Assembly: GCA_963726745.1 (NCBI GenBank)
Contig: CAVSDR010000005.1
Location: 155,286 to 219,285 of the forward strand
DNA length: 64,000 bases
Direction: 5' to 3'
DNA from: an uncultured Verrucomicrobiae bacterium
GTDB lineage: Bacteria > Verrucomicrobiota > Verrucomicrobiia > Chthoniobacterales > UBA10450
Shown here: positions 46,995-60,300 of the stretch, one piece after another
Layout: every line of letters starts with the position of its first letter
Position numbering within the stretch: position 1 is the first letter of the stretch
The notes under the pieces: model-generated
What the model saw: the letters and a program-made list of their open reading frames with translations, nothing else
What the model was told of the DNA's origin: nothing
Databases searched by the model: none
Position numbers and translations under genes: made by a program

Positions 46995-47978
46995 TTACTT
47001 CGTCATCGCGGTAATATCGAGGTCGGTCTTCTTCTGCGCTTCGAGCATGACTTCCAGGTTCGTGGCTGCGGTCTGCAGTTCGAACTCCAGGTTAGACACG
47101 CGAGAGGTGAAAAAGTTAAACGGCACCAACTCGAAGATGGCGATGCCGAGACCGCACGCGGTCGCGATGAGCGCTTCCGCGATACCGCCGGTGACCGCCT
47201 GCACCGCGAGCTCTTCGTTGCCGAGGAAGCTGAACGATTTCATCAGACCGGTGATCGTGCCGAGGAGACCAAGCAGCGGGGCAAGGGTGACCAGAGTATC
47301 CATGACCACGAGGAAGCGGCCGGCGCGTTTGATCTCGATGCCGGCGGCGACCTGCAGAGCGCCCTGGAGCGAGGCATGCTGGTGGTTGAGGCCGTTCCAC
47401 ATCATGCGCAGGACGGGATCGCGTGAGCCGCGGGAGAGCCGCGAGGCTTCGGCGACGTCGCCGTTCTCGATCGCGGTGAAGACCTTCTCGATCCGCTTGG
47501 CGTCGCGGCGCATCCAGCGGCCGAGCCACCAGAAGATACGTTCGATGACGACCGCGATACCGATGATCGACACGATCAAGATCGGCCACATGATCGGGCC
47601 GCCCTTGTAAAAGTTATCGATCAAGAAGTTACCGGTAGTGGCATGCTCGCCGCCGGGCATTCCGGCAGCGGCGGCAGGCGAAGCCGCCGGCGAGACGGCC
47701 GGTGGCTGGATCGCCGGGGCGGTCGGTGCGACTGCCGGTGCCGCCGGCGTCATGCCGGTGGCTGGCGTCATCCCGGTGGCTGGCGTCATCCCGGTGGCTG
47801 GCGTCATCCCCGGAGCGCCGGGCGCGGCGGGTGCCGTCGCGGGAGTGGTGAGTGCCGGAGACATTGCCGCATCCGGCGTGGTGGTCGCAGGCGAGGGCGC
47901 AGTGGCCGGAGTGGTTTGAGCGAAGGCGCTCAGCGTAAGAGACGCGGAGCTGAAGGCGACGATTAGCAGTTTTTTCAT
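46995..47978 (-). CDS. exbB: ExbB/TolQ protein with signal peptide and Pro/Ala/Thr-rich N-terminal extension
   Basis: APLLGLLGTI, GIAEALIATA. Confidence 0.9.
   Translation of the reverse strand: MKKLLIVAFSSASLTLSAFAQTTPATAPSPATTTPDAAMSPALTTPATAPAAPGAPGMTPATGMTPATGMTPATGMTPAAPAVAPTAPAIQPPAVSPAASPAAAAGMPGGEHATTGNFLIDNFYKGGPIMWPILIVSIIGIAVVIERIFWWLGRWMRRDAKRIEKVFTAIENGDVAEASRLSRGSRDPVLRMMWNGLNHQHASLQGALQVAAGIEIKRAGRFLVVMDTLVTLAPLLGLLGTITGLMKSFSFLGNEELAVQAVTGGIAEALIATACGLGIAIFELVPFNFFTSRVSNLEFELQTAATNLEVMLEAQKKTDLDITAMTK
47746..47810. repeat. 18-bp in-frame tandem repeat (GMTPAT), about 3.6 units
   Basis: GGCGTCATSCCGGTGGCT x3 plus a partial unit. Confidence 0.9.
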
Positions 47979-48136
47979 AAGTTGATAAGGCGGTTAACGA
48001 CCGGCCTGGTTTCTCTGACGTTCCTCGTTATCTATCCCCGCTGAAGCAACGGCGAGTCGAGTAAAAGTTTTCGCTATTCTCATTTGCCGTCTTTGCGCTG
48101 CGGGGATTCACGCTCTGTTGATTCGCAGCGCGCGCG

Positions 48137-48958
48137 TTACGGGGATGTAAGTCGCGCGCTACTATTTGCACAAGGCAGATTTTCGCTCGCGACTGCGCGC
48201 ACCGAGTTCCGCAACGGCGGCCAATCGCCCATCGAGACCTCGAGTTGATCGCCCGCGCGGATCGGGCCGACGCCCGACGGCGTGCCGGTTAAAATCAAAT
48301 CGCCGGGAAGCAACGTGAGCCCGGTGGAGACGAAGGCCACGATCTCCGCGACGGAGTAAATCATCTGGCTGGTGCGCGCCTGCTGCCGCACCTCGCCATT
48401 GTGCCGCTGCGTCAGGAGAAGGTCGTCCACGGAGACGCCCGCGTGCACGAATGGGCCGACGGGCGTGTAGGTATCGAAGGATTTGCAGCGCGCGAATTGC
48501 CCCTCGGATTTCTGCAGGTCGCGATCGCTGATGTCCTGGCAAAGGGTGTAGCCAAAGACGTGCGCGAGGGCGGCATCTTGCTGGATATTTTTTGCCGTGC
48601 GACCGATGACCACGCCCAGTTCCGCCTCGAAATGCGTCTGGTGTTCCGGGAACGCGATTTCGATCGCGCCGCCGTGCGGGAGGAGCGACGAGGGCGCCTT
48701 GAACCAGATCAGTGGGGTGCCCAGCGGCGTGCGCTTCATCTCCGTGATGTGGTCGGCGTAGTTCAAGCCCACCGCGATCACTTTGGATGGCGCCACCGGC
48801 AGGTCGAAAACGAGTTCGCCTAACGAGTAAACCTCGCCGTTCTCCGTCCCACCGAGCCAGGGAGCACTCGTTAGGCGGTGCGCTTCCGCGCCGCGCATTT
48901 CGGCAAAGAAGCGCTCCTCGCCCCGGAGAAATCCGCCAAAGCTGCGCCTCCCGTTCAC
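48137..48958 (-). CDS. Fumarylacetoacetate hydrolase family protein
   Basis: KVIAVGLNY, FKAPSS, EAELGVVIG, KSFDT, GDLILTGTPSG; GTG start overlapping the upstream TGA. Confidence 0.88.
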   Translation of the reverse strand: MNGRRSFGGFLRGEERFFAEMRGAEAHRLTSAPWLGGTENGEVYSLGELVFDLPVAPSKVIAVGLNYADHITEMKRTPLGTPLIWFKAPSSLLPHGGAIEIAFPEHQTHFEAELGVVIGRTAKNIQQDAALAHVFGYTLCQDISDRDLQKSEGQFARCKSFDTYTPVGPFVHAGVSVDDLLLTQRHNGEVRQQARTSQMIYSVAEIVAFVSTGLTLLPGDLILTGTPSGVGPIRAGDQLEVSMGDWPPLRNSVRAVASENLPCANSSARLTSP

Positions 48959-49705
48959 TTCGCCACCACCGCGAGAAAATCGCGCACGCTTTTGCCTTCG
49001 CGCTCGGAGAAAACGCCGTCCGCTTCCGGCAAACCAGAAGCCGCTGGACGAGCCGCCATCGAGATTCAGCGCCCGGTCAACTTGCGCCACCGTCGCCAGC
49101 AGTTCGGCCAGCTCCGCCAGGGTCACGTAAGAGCAATAACCGATCGCCGCGCGCTCGCCGCCGAGGGTCGCGACGAAGGTCCGGCGCGCCGCGCGATTGT
49201 TGTCCAGGCCGCTGACCGCCCGCCCGCGCTCGACCAGGAACGGCCCGCACTGCCGGGCCGCGCTCGGCTTCGGCGACATGGAAAATTCGCCCGCCCGCTG
49301 CACCCGCACGCGTCCGTTGACCACGCTGACCACGCCGCTGAGCAGTCGCGCTTTCTGCTTCGGCATGACCACGCGTCCGTCGCTGATCATCAAGCCCACC
49401 GGGGCACCTTCGGGACTGAAGTAGCCGCCATTCACTCCCGCGATCGCACCCGCGCTTTTCATCTTGCTGGCTAACGAGTCGTTGCTTCCGGGATTATCCA
49501 GCACTTTCAAGGTCGCCTGCTTGGTCGAAAAGATCGCCAGCTCAAGGGTGGCTTCCTCGCCCCCTTGGCGCGCGACGATCTGCCGGTGCTCGACGCTCGC
49601 GGCAGCCGCGGGCTGGCGGTTTTCGGAAACGATTTCCCAGTCCGCTGCTGCGATCTGCAGGCCGGCCAAGAGGAAGACGAAAGGAAAAAAATGTCGAGCG
49701 AGCAT
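48955..49705 (-). CDS. Phosphodiester glycosidase (NAGPA/DUF2233) family secreted protein (frameshift near 49020)
   Basis: Signal peptide, NGGYF, QCGP.LV, ALNLDGGSS; true end VRDFLAVVAK-stop lies in another frame. Confidence 0.82.
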
Positions 49706-49886
49706 CAGGCGTGTGCGTGCAGTCCCTTCATGCCAGAGACGCCGGGGAACACAAGGCGCTGACTAACTTTTGGGATTGGCGCGCGCGGAATGACTCGTTA
49801 GAACAGAGTCACCGGACCCACGAAGCCGCCGCGGAGGCGCGGACCCCCGATAAAGTGAAGCATGGGCCGAGAGAAAGTGAGCGTGG

Positions 49887-50390
49887 ATGATGAAATTCCC
49901 CCTGGTTGCCCTCGTCTCGTTCAGCCTGCTTTTTGGCAGCCACCCAAGTTGGGGCCAGGCGCCTAGGCCTTGTTTCCTCAGCGGTTGGACCCCGGAGCTC
50001 TACAGCTTTTATGGGAGCAAAGAGACCATCCACGGCAGACTCGCCGCGATCAAAGACCGGCTGACCGACCGCCGCCTTTTCCTCCAGCTAAACCAAGGAA
50101 AAGAGGGCGGCGAGGTCGACCTTTTCGAGCGACAAGAGGATGGCAGCCTCGCCGTCACCTCCTGGAAGGTGGAGAAGACCGCCGACCTCCTGGCTCTTAT
50201 CGACCAGATGATCCTCAAGAACCACGGCGAGAAATGCGTCGGCGATGCGGTGAAGAAAATGCTCGCGGAGAAGATTCGGTCGAAACCAGAGGAATCGAAG
50301 ATGACCGGAAGCATCGAGGCCGCCTTGGACAAGTCGCTGGATAAACTTGCGGGCGCTTTTTCGCGCGTCTGTGTCGTGGTGCTCTGTTAG
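49887..50390 (+). CDS. Hypothetical secreted protein
   Basis: 167 aa ORF with signal peptide; no recognised domain. Confidence 0.6.
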   Translation: MMKFPLVALVSFSLLFGSHPSWGQAPRPCFLSGWTPELYSFYGSKETIHGRLAAIKDRLTDRRLFLQLNQGKEGGEVDLFERQEDGSLAVTSWKVEKTADLLALIDQMILKNHGEKCVGDAVKKMLAEKIRSKPEESKMTGSIEAALDKSLDKLAGAFSRVCVVVLC

Positions 50391-50399
50391 CTCCGGATT

Positions 50400-52796
50400 C
50401 TACGGGGACGCGCCGCCCACGAGGCGCTGGAAGCGGGGATTGGCGCGCAGGTTGTCAAACATCGGGTCGAGCCGCAGGAGCGCGCGCGTAAGTGGAATAT
50501 TGCCGGTGGCCAGCGGCCCGGCGTACGGAATAGCGAGTAACTGCTCGAGCAGGTCGAGCGCACGCTCTTGCTCACCCAGGAGTGCAGCCACGCGCGCTTC
50601 CGTCTCCAAGGGCGCAGGCCCCGCGATGGCATCGCGTTCGAGCGGCATGGCGGCTTGCGCCCGTTCGACAAAGGCGAACGCCGCGGGCGGATCGCCCAGC
50701 TTGGCCGCGGCGATCGCGAGGTATCCCAGGAGCATATAGTTCTCCACTTGCGCCTCCGCGCCCAACTCCAGTTCCGCGCGGGCGGCTCGCCAGGTCTCGA
50801 GCGCGAGGGCTTGGTCGTTGCCAAACTCCCGGGCCCAGGCGAGCCAAAAGCGCAACTCCCCACGAGCCGCCGGCGAGTGCGGGAATTCATTTGTGAGCTC
50901 CGCGCTTAAGCGTGCGACCACGGCCCCGGGACGGCGCTCGAGAATCTCCTGGTAGATCGCCGTCTCGAGCGAGTCGTTTTCCTCCAGCGTAAAGTGCAAG
51001 GGCGCGAGCAATTCTGCACCGCGCGCGAGTTGTCCATCTGCCTGGGCCACGGCTGCCTTGAGCGCCGGGAGCACCCGGTCCGCTGGATGAATCTCGAGCG
51101 CCACGTTCAACTTCCGCAGGCCATCCGAGAAGCGCCGCTGGGCCACGTAAAAGAGCGCGTGCTGGATGATGATCGTGGTGTTTCGCGGATCGAGCCGTTC
51201 CGCTTCATCGAAGTAATTCTCGCAAAGATTCCAGGTTCCATTCCGCCGGGCGACGTAGGCGAGCGCTTCCGGCACCCGGCTGCTGTTCGGCAACATCCGG
51301 CGCGCTTGCTCGAGCAAGCGCACGGCCGAGTCATAATCTTTCAGGCAGGCGTAGCGATAGTAGCCCATCGCCCAGACCGCTTCGCCGAGGTCTGGTTGCA
51401 AACGCAGCGCGGTCTCGGCTGCATCGCGAATTTCTTCGCGCAGCGCCGGGGTCGGCTCAAGGGCGAGACTGGTGTAGCCCATGGCGTCTGCGTTTGAGAG
51501 CAGGGCCCAGGCGAGCGCGAACTTCGGGTCCAGGCGCACCGCTTCACGCAGATATCTCCGGGCCGCGGGAAAATTCGGCGGCGCTTCCGGGCTGGGCAAA
51601 GTGTAGGCTAAACCTTGCAGGTAGGCCCGGTGCGCCTCGGGATTCTCGGTCGGTCGCGTTTGCAGGGCTTGTTCTTCCTGTCCGGTCAGGCTGGCGCGCA
51701 TGCGTTCGACCACGGCCACGGCGATCTCACTTTCGACCGCAAAAATATCCGTCAACTCGCGGTCGAAAGTCTCCGCCCAGATGTGCGCATCGTCAGCCGC
51801 ACGGATTAATTGCACCGTCACCCGCACGCGATCGCCGACTGCTTGCACGCTTCCTTCAAGCACGTGCGCGACGCGCAACTGGCGCGCGATCTCCGGCAGC
51901 CGCGTGGTCCCGGTCTGGTAATGCGCGCTCGAGGTGCGCGAGATCACTTTCAAGGCTTTGATCTTGGAGAGACGAGTGAGGATTTCGTCCTGGATGCCCT
52001 CGGCAAAGTAGGCGTTCGCCTTGTCGTTGCTCCGGTTCTCAAACATCAGGACCGCGATGCTTTTCTCGCCAATCTTCCCGTTCCAGGGCCAGGCATCCAT
52101 CAGCCAGGCCACGGCCAGGAAAGCCGCCAGCAACGCAAGCACCACCGCAGGCACGAGCCAACGCCAATGGGCGCTCGGCCTGGCCGCGGGTCCGGCGAGA
52201 GTCGACTCCGGCTTCAGCGGATTCAATCGCCGGGGGATGGCACGGTTCCCGATCTCTTCAGTGTAGAAGTTAAAGACGTTCAGCTTCCGGCCGTGTTTCA
52301 CTTCGCACAGCCCGAGGTCGTACAGATGGCGGTGCCAGCGCGGGTAAGGCTCGAGGTCGTCGGCCACGCGTTTAGACAGCAAGATGTGCCCGGCGTCGCC
52401 GCAATCCATGACCCGCTGCGCCGTGTCCAGCCCTGCCCCGGCGAAGTTCAGGCGCTGGTTCACGTCCACGACCTGGTTGATCGGGCCGCTGTGAATCCCC
52501 ATGCGCACGGCGATTTCCGGATAATGCTTCAGCTGCGTGCTGATCTCGATCGCGCATTGGATCGGGGCCTCCTGGTCGCTGAGGAAAACCAACGCCATCC
52601 CGTCGCCGGTCGGCAGCCCGTGCAGTTGGCCGGCGGCTTCCGCCTTTTGGAAACAAGGCGTGCTGCGCACGATCTGGTTCAGCTGCGCGACGACGCGGCT
52701 CTGCTGGTGAATCAAGAGGGTGCCGTAGGCAACGATGTCGATCGTCAGGACATGCGCGATCTCCAGCTTCAGTTCGGGTTCCGGTTCAGTGGCCAT
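50400..52796 (-). CDS. Class III nucleotide cyclase-like domain, TM, TolB-N-like domain and TPR protein
   Basis: LEIAHVLTIDIV, PTGDG, RMGIHSGP, KSIAVL.FEN, GIQDEILTRL, LEGSVQ, TPRs, LRLDP.FD.LR..PRFQ. Confidence 0.88.
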   Translation of the reverse strand: MATEPEPELKLEIAHVLTIDIVAYGTLLIHQQSRVVAQLNQIVRSTPCFQKAEAAGQLHGLPTGDGMALVFLSDQEAPIQCAIEISTQLKHYPEIAVRMGIHSGPINQVVDVNQRLNFAGAGLDTAQRVMDCGDAGHILLSKRVADDLEPYPRWHRHLYDLGLCEVKHGRKLNVFNFYTEEIGNRAIPRRLNPLKPESTLAGPAARPSAHWRWLVPAVVLALLAAFLAVAWLMDAWPWNGKIGEKSIAVLMFENRSNDKANAYFAEGIQDEILTRLSKIKALKVISRTSSAHYQTGTTRLPEIARQLRVAHVLEGSVQAVGDRVRVTVQLIRAADDAHIWAETFDRELTDIFAVESEIAVAVVERMRASLTGQEEQALQTRPTENPEAHRAYLQGLAYTLPSPEAPPNFPAARRYLREAVRLDPKFALAWALLSNADAMGYTSLALEPTPALREEIRDAAETALRLQPDLGEAVWAMGYYRYACLKDYDSAVRLLEQARRMLPNSSRVPEALAYVARRNGTWNLCENYFDEAERLDPRNTTIIIQHALFYVAQRRFSDGLRKLNVALEIHPADRVLPALKAAVAQADGQLARGAELLAPLHFTLEENDSLETAIYQEILERRPGAVVARLSAELTNEFPHSPAARGELRFWLAWAREFGNDQALALETWRAARAELELGAEAQVENYMLLGYLAIAAAKLGDPPAAFAFVERAQAAMPLERDAIAGPAPLETEARVAALLGEQERALDLLEQLLAIPYAGPLATGNIPLTRALLRLDPMFDNLRANPRFQRLVGGASP

Positions 52797-52902
52797 GATG
52801 TCACCCCTCGGCGCAGAACGTCCGAGGTGCTGCCAGCGCAATCACTTCTCCGAGTTTGACGAGCGAACTCAAGATGGAACTCGGAGCGCTGGCAGACGCA
52901 CG

Positions 52903-53838
52903 CTACTTCAATCCGGTCGCGAAGACGGTTTGGAAATGCGGGCTTTCTTTCTCGCGCGAGACCACCGTGACCTCGATGTTCTTGAAGCCCGCGGACTCCA
53001 GCCACTGGTGCAACTGCACTTCGCTGAAGCCCAGCCAATGATCCGCATAAAGCTCGCGCGCCCGCTCGAAGCGGTGGCTCAAGAGATCGAGGATCACCAG
53101 CCGCCCGCCCTTCCGCAGAATGCGATGCGCTCCCTCGACCGCGCGTTCCGGATGAAGCGCGTGGTGCAGCGCCTGGCTTAGGATTGCGAGATCGATTGTC
53201 CCTTTGTCGATCGGCGGATCTTCGATGTCGCCCAGGCGATACTCGAGGTTCTGGAAGCCGTGTTCCCGGGCCAGCTTCGCGCCGAACTCGACCATTTTCG
53301 GGGAATTATCGATCGCGACGACGCGCTTGGCGGTCTTCGCGAGGAGCTGCGAGAGCGTGCCTTCGCCCGCGCCGAGATCCGCCACCGCCTGCGCCGGTAA
53401 TAAAGTAATGAGCGTGTGCGCCAGCGCCTGCCAGGAGCGGCCCGGCACATAGCTCCGGCCGAACTTGCCGGCTAATTCGTCGAAATATTCGCGCGCTTTA
53501 TCCTGCCGCTTTCGCAGCGCCACCTTCAAGGCGGTGCGATCGCGCGTCGTCTCCGGCAGCTCCCGCGCGAGCGTGCGAATGAGCGCGCTCACTTGCTCGC
53601 GCGCCGCGCTTTGGCCATCGGCCTCGCTCAGCGCGTAGTAAACATTCTTGCCCGCGCGCCGATCCGTGACCACGCCGGCGCGTTTCAACTGCGCGAGATG
53701 GCTCGAGATGCGCGATTGCCCCATGCCCATGACGTCCTGCAACTCGGCCACGGAAAGCTCTTCCTGCTCGAGCAGGAGGATCAAGCGCAGGCGCGTGGGA
53801 TCAGCCAGCAAGCGGAGGAAATTTAAGGTTGACGACAT
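52903..53838 (-). CDS. ArsR-family regulator fused to a SAM-binding methyltransferase domain (SahR-like)
   Basis: LADPTRLRL..LL / QSRISSHL HTH plus ADLGAGEG; divergent from metK-ahcY. Confidence 0.9.
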   Translation of the reverse strand: MSSTLNFLRLLADPTRLRLILLLEQEELSVAELQDVMGMGQSRISSHLAQLKRAGVVTDRRAGKNVYYALSEADGQSAAREQVSALIRTLARELPETTRDRTALKVALRKRQDKAREYFDELAGKFGRSYVPGRSWQALAHTLITLLPAQAVADLGAGEGTLSQLLAKTAKRVVAIDNSPKMVEFGAKLAREHGFQNLEYRLGDIEDPPIDKGTIDLAILSQALHHALHPERAVEGAHRILRKGGRLVILDLLSHRFERARELYADHWLGFSEVQLHQWLESAGFKNIEVTVVSREKESPHFQTVFATGLK

Positions 53839-53857
53839 CGGCGAGTGATCGGACGAT

Positions 53858-53896
53858 ACATCTACGCATCATGATTGGTCAATATGATGGATGCGT
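53858..53896. promoter_or_regulatory. Candidate operator between the regulator and metK
   Basis: Inverted repeat ACGCATC-ATGATTGGTCAATATGATG-GATGCGT. Confidence 0.5.
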
Positions 53897-53945
53897 CCGC
53901 CCCGCGGTGCTCAACGTTTAACCTCTCAACCACCTCCTCTCTCTC

Positions 53946-57048
<3,103 letters not shown>

Positions 57049-57074
57049 GAAGTTAGCCAGTCGAACTTCCAAAG

Positions 57075-57105
57075 ACGCCGCCGGAGCAATCCGGCGGCGT
57101 TTTTT
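57075..57105 (+). terminator. Rho-independent terminator of the metK-ahcY operon
   Basis: ACGCCGCCGGA-GCAA-TCCGGCGGCGT followed by a T-tract. Confidence 0.92.
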
Positions 57106-57182
57106 GTTATCCTTCAAAATCTTTCGCGCGTAATCATACTTACTCGACTTCTTGAGGAAGTTTGTGTTGTTTCCCGACAAGC

Positions 57183-58784
57183 ATGCCATCGACGTTCCTA
57201 GATCTTTTCTGCGGGTGCGGCGGCTTTTCACTCGGGATGGAGCGCGCGGGTTTCCGCTGCCTTGCAGCGATCGATTTCAATACCGAAGCCGTAAAGACGT
57301 TTCGGGCGAACTTCCCAAACGTTCCGCAAGTGTTGGAACGCGACCTCACAATGTTTCCGCCGGACCGATTGGCAGAACTTATCGGAACCGACCGTGTTGA
57401 TGTGATAGCGGGAGGTCCACCGTGCCAAGGTTTCTCGACTGCGCGCCAGCGCGACGGCGCGAACCATGGTTCGACACGTCTCGTTAAGGATGACCGTCGC
57501 CTGCTCTATAAAGAGTTTCTAAAATACGTCGAACATTTCCAGCCTCGCGTCTTTGTGATGGAGAACGTGCTCGGGATCCAGTCAGCGGCAGGTGGCGAGT
57601 ATTTCACGCGAGTGCAGCACGAGGCTCGCTTACTCGGCTACCGTGTTGCCGCGCAGATAGCTGACTCGTTCGACCTCGGCGTGCCACAAAAACGCAGACG
57701 CCAACTGATCATCGGTGTTCGCGGGGATGTTCCTGGTTTTTTTCCGTCGCAACTTACACCTGCTCCGCGCGCCCTTGTCGGTACAACCTTGGGACCTGCG
57801 ATCTGTGATCTGCCACGGCTCGAAGCGGGAGGAGGACTTGAATCCGCGGACTACGACCTCGCGCGTCGCGAGCGACATCTGGCGTATTGGAGGAAACCAG
57901 CGCGCCATTATCTCTACCGCGTATGCGAGGTCGCACGCGCATCGAAGTTAACGGCGCATCGCGCGCGACCTCACAACGCGCGCGACCTCGGCGATTTCCT
58001 TCTGCTGCGGGAAGGCGAGAACTCCGCAACCGCGATGCGTGAGGGCGTCGAATTCGAGTTTCCCTACGACAGAAGCAGCTTCAAAGACCGCTACACGCGT
58101 CAAAGCCGCCGCAAACCCTGCAGCACCATCGTCGCGCACCTCAGCAAGGATGGCCTCATGTTCATCCATCCGACGCAAAACCGTTCACTCACGCCGCGGG
58201 AAGCCGCGCGCATTCAGAGCTTTCCAGATTGGTTCCAATTCCCCGTCGCGCGCACGCATCAGTTCCGGATTATCGGCAACGCCGTGCCTCCGCTCGTGGG
58301 CGAAGCGGTTGGTTTGGAAGTGCGCGCATTCCTCGAAGTGAAGGCTCCTCCAAAGTCGAGTCCAGCCAAGTGGCGGCAAACCGCTGCCCGAGCGAGCGGT
58401 CAGCTCATTGCGGCGTCGCAAGCGCAAGCCGCAGTGCACCTCCAAGACATCGCCGGCCTCGATCGCCGACAACTCCGTCAGTGCGAAAAGCGTGCCTTCC
58501 TCCGGGGATGGTTCGCGTTGTTCTACCTCTTCCCCGGTTTACATCCCGACAACGCGCTCGACCACGGCGACTCCAGTTCGCGGTGGTCGCCGAACCAGTT
58601 GACGCTTCCGGGCTTGGAAGTGCTCACCGAGTACCGCTTCGCTCGCAGCGGTTGGCCTGTCGCGCTGGAGTTGCTCGGTCACGAAGCCTGGCGGCGTTAC
58701 GAGCTGGGCGAGCTAACCGAGGAGGAGTTCTACTGCGTCGCCGCGCAGCGGAAGGGATTGGAAAGCTCACTCGTTCACGCATGA
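57183..58784 (+). CDS. dcm: DNA (cytosine-5)-methyltransferase with C-terminal extension
   Basis: DLFCGCGG, GGPPCQGFS, ENV, PQKRRR, LTPREAARIQSFP, GNAVPP. Confidence 0.95.
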   Translation: MPSTFLDLFCGCGGFSLGMERAGFRCLAAIDFNTEAVKTFRANFPNVPQVLERDLTMFPPDRLAELIGTDRVDVIAGGPPCQGFSTARQRDGANHGSTRLVKDDRRLLYKEFLKYVEHFQPRVFVMENVLGIQSAAGGEYFTRVQHEARLLGYRVAAQIADSFDLGVPQKRRRQLIIGVRGDVPGFFPSQLTPAPRALVGTTLGPAICDLPRLEAGGGLESADYDLARRERHLAYWRKPARHYLYRVCEVARASKLTAHRARPHNARDLGDFLLLREGENSATAMREGVEFEFPYDRSSFKDRYTRQSRRKPCSTIVAHLSKDGLMFIHPTQNRSLTPREAARIQSFPDWFQFPVARTHQFRIIGNAVPPLVGEAVGLEVRAFLEVKAPPKSSPAKWRQTAARASGQLIAASQAQAAVHLQDIAGLDRRQLRQCEKRAFLRGWFALFYLFPGLHPDNALDHGDSSSRWSPNQLTLPGLEVLTEYRFARSGWPVALELLGHEAWRRYELGELTEEEFYCVAAQRKGLESSLVHA

Positions 58785-60300
58785 GCCGGCTTACAGCCAG
58801 CGTCGAAGAAGAACCGGATGTCGCTGGCCATGACGATGTCCCGCCTGAGCCGGCGAGCCTCGCGAAAGCCTTCGCGCGTTTGGCTACGAGCTGCCTACGG
58901 CGCTCGCCGATCTTGTCGACAACAGCATCACCGCGCGGGCGCGTCACGTCTGGATCGACTTCCATTGGGACGGCGCCGGTTCCGTCATCGTCATCACTGA
59001 CGACGGGCGGGGGATGGACGAAGACCGTCTGCGGGAAGCAATGCGGCCGGGAAGCCAGAATCCGCTTGCGGCGCGCGATCCGGACGATCTCGGGCGATTC
59101 GGCTTGGGAATGAAAACGGCGAGCTTTTCTCAATGCCGCCGTCTGACGGCTCGCAGTCGTGTACGCGGCGGGGATGGGCAACACGCTGCTGGGATCTTGA
59201 TCACATCGCCGCGGTAAAGGCGTGGCAGCTCCTTCGCTCCGGCGACGAGGCGGTCGAGCCGCACTTCTCCCGACTCTCAACACTTCCTCACGGCACTGCG
59301 GTCGTTTGGCAAAAACTCGATCGGCTTACTGCCGGCCAGCAAACGCAGAGTGAGAAGCATCACCAGCTTTTCCTCCAACGGGCGACAGCGGTGCGCGACC
59401 ACCTCGGCATGGTTTTTCACCGGCTCATGGGCCCAAAGGAACTAAGTTGCTGCTCAACGACCGCGCGATTCAACCGTGGGATCCCTTCCTCGCGGACGAA
59501 GCGGCGACGCAGCACCTACCGGCCACTCGCTTAAACTTCGGCAGGCGCTGGTCGAGGTGGAGCCATCGTGCTCCCGCACCATTCGCGGCTGACGAAAGAG
59601 GGCGCGCCACGAGGAAGCTGCTGGACCGCGCGGTTGGAACGCGCACCAAGGCTTCTATGTCTACCGCCAGCAGCGGCTCCTAGTCCCTGGTGGCCTGGCT
59701 CAGGGATTCGGCTGGACGAAGAAAGCACTACAAACTCGCCCGCATTCGCGTTGAGGTGCCGATGCGCTGGATCACGACTGGGCGATTCTGACGTGACCAA
59801 GTCGCGCGCGCTCCCGCCCGCCGTCTTGCGCGATGATCTCCGGCGCATCGGCGAGGCCACCCGCTCAGTTGCGAAGCGCGTCTTTAGTCATCGCGGTGCG
59901 AAGCTCACGCCGCGTGCCGACCAAGAGCGCGTGCTTCTTTGGGAGCCGAAGGCAAAGCATAACAAAACGTTCTATCACCTGATCGCCAGCACCCGCTGCT
60001 CAAAAGCACGGAAGGCTCGGAGAATCGCGAAGCGCTAAAAGCGTTGCTCCGACTCATTGAGGAAACGGTCCCCTTCCACACATCGCGCAATAGAGAACTC
60101 CGAGCGTCCGGCGGATCATCGCGACGCCCTTCAAATACGCGCAGGAGAGCCAGATTCGGGAGGTAATGGAGCAGGCGGTCCATTCCCTCACGGCGACGGG
60201 TACGGGCCGAAAGACGGTCAATCGACTGCGCACAGTTTGGCCGTTGGAGCTCTTCCCCGCCCTCCTGCAAACCCTCGCTGAATCAAACAATCATGCCTGA
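58781..60300 (+). CDS. MORC/MutL-type GHKL ATPase (many frameshifts)
   Basis: Fragments across frames: LADLVDNSI, DDGRGM, DLGRFGLGMKTASFSQCRRL, HLGMVFHR, WDPF, QGFYVYR, DVTKSRA. Confidence 0.8.

Noticed and set aside
48060..48090. Fur box upstream of the exbB-tonB operon
   Set aside because: Only a half-site-like AATGAGAAT on the minus strand; no palindromic partner.
48137..49705. Novel NAGPA-FAH fusion protein (522 aa ORF)
   Set aside because: A frameshift near 49020 joins two genes; the natural stop and start overlap as GTGA at 48955-48958.
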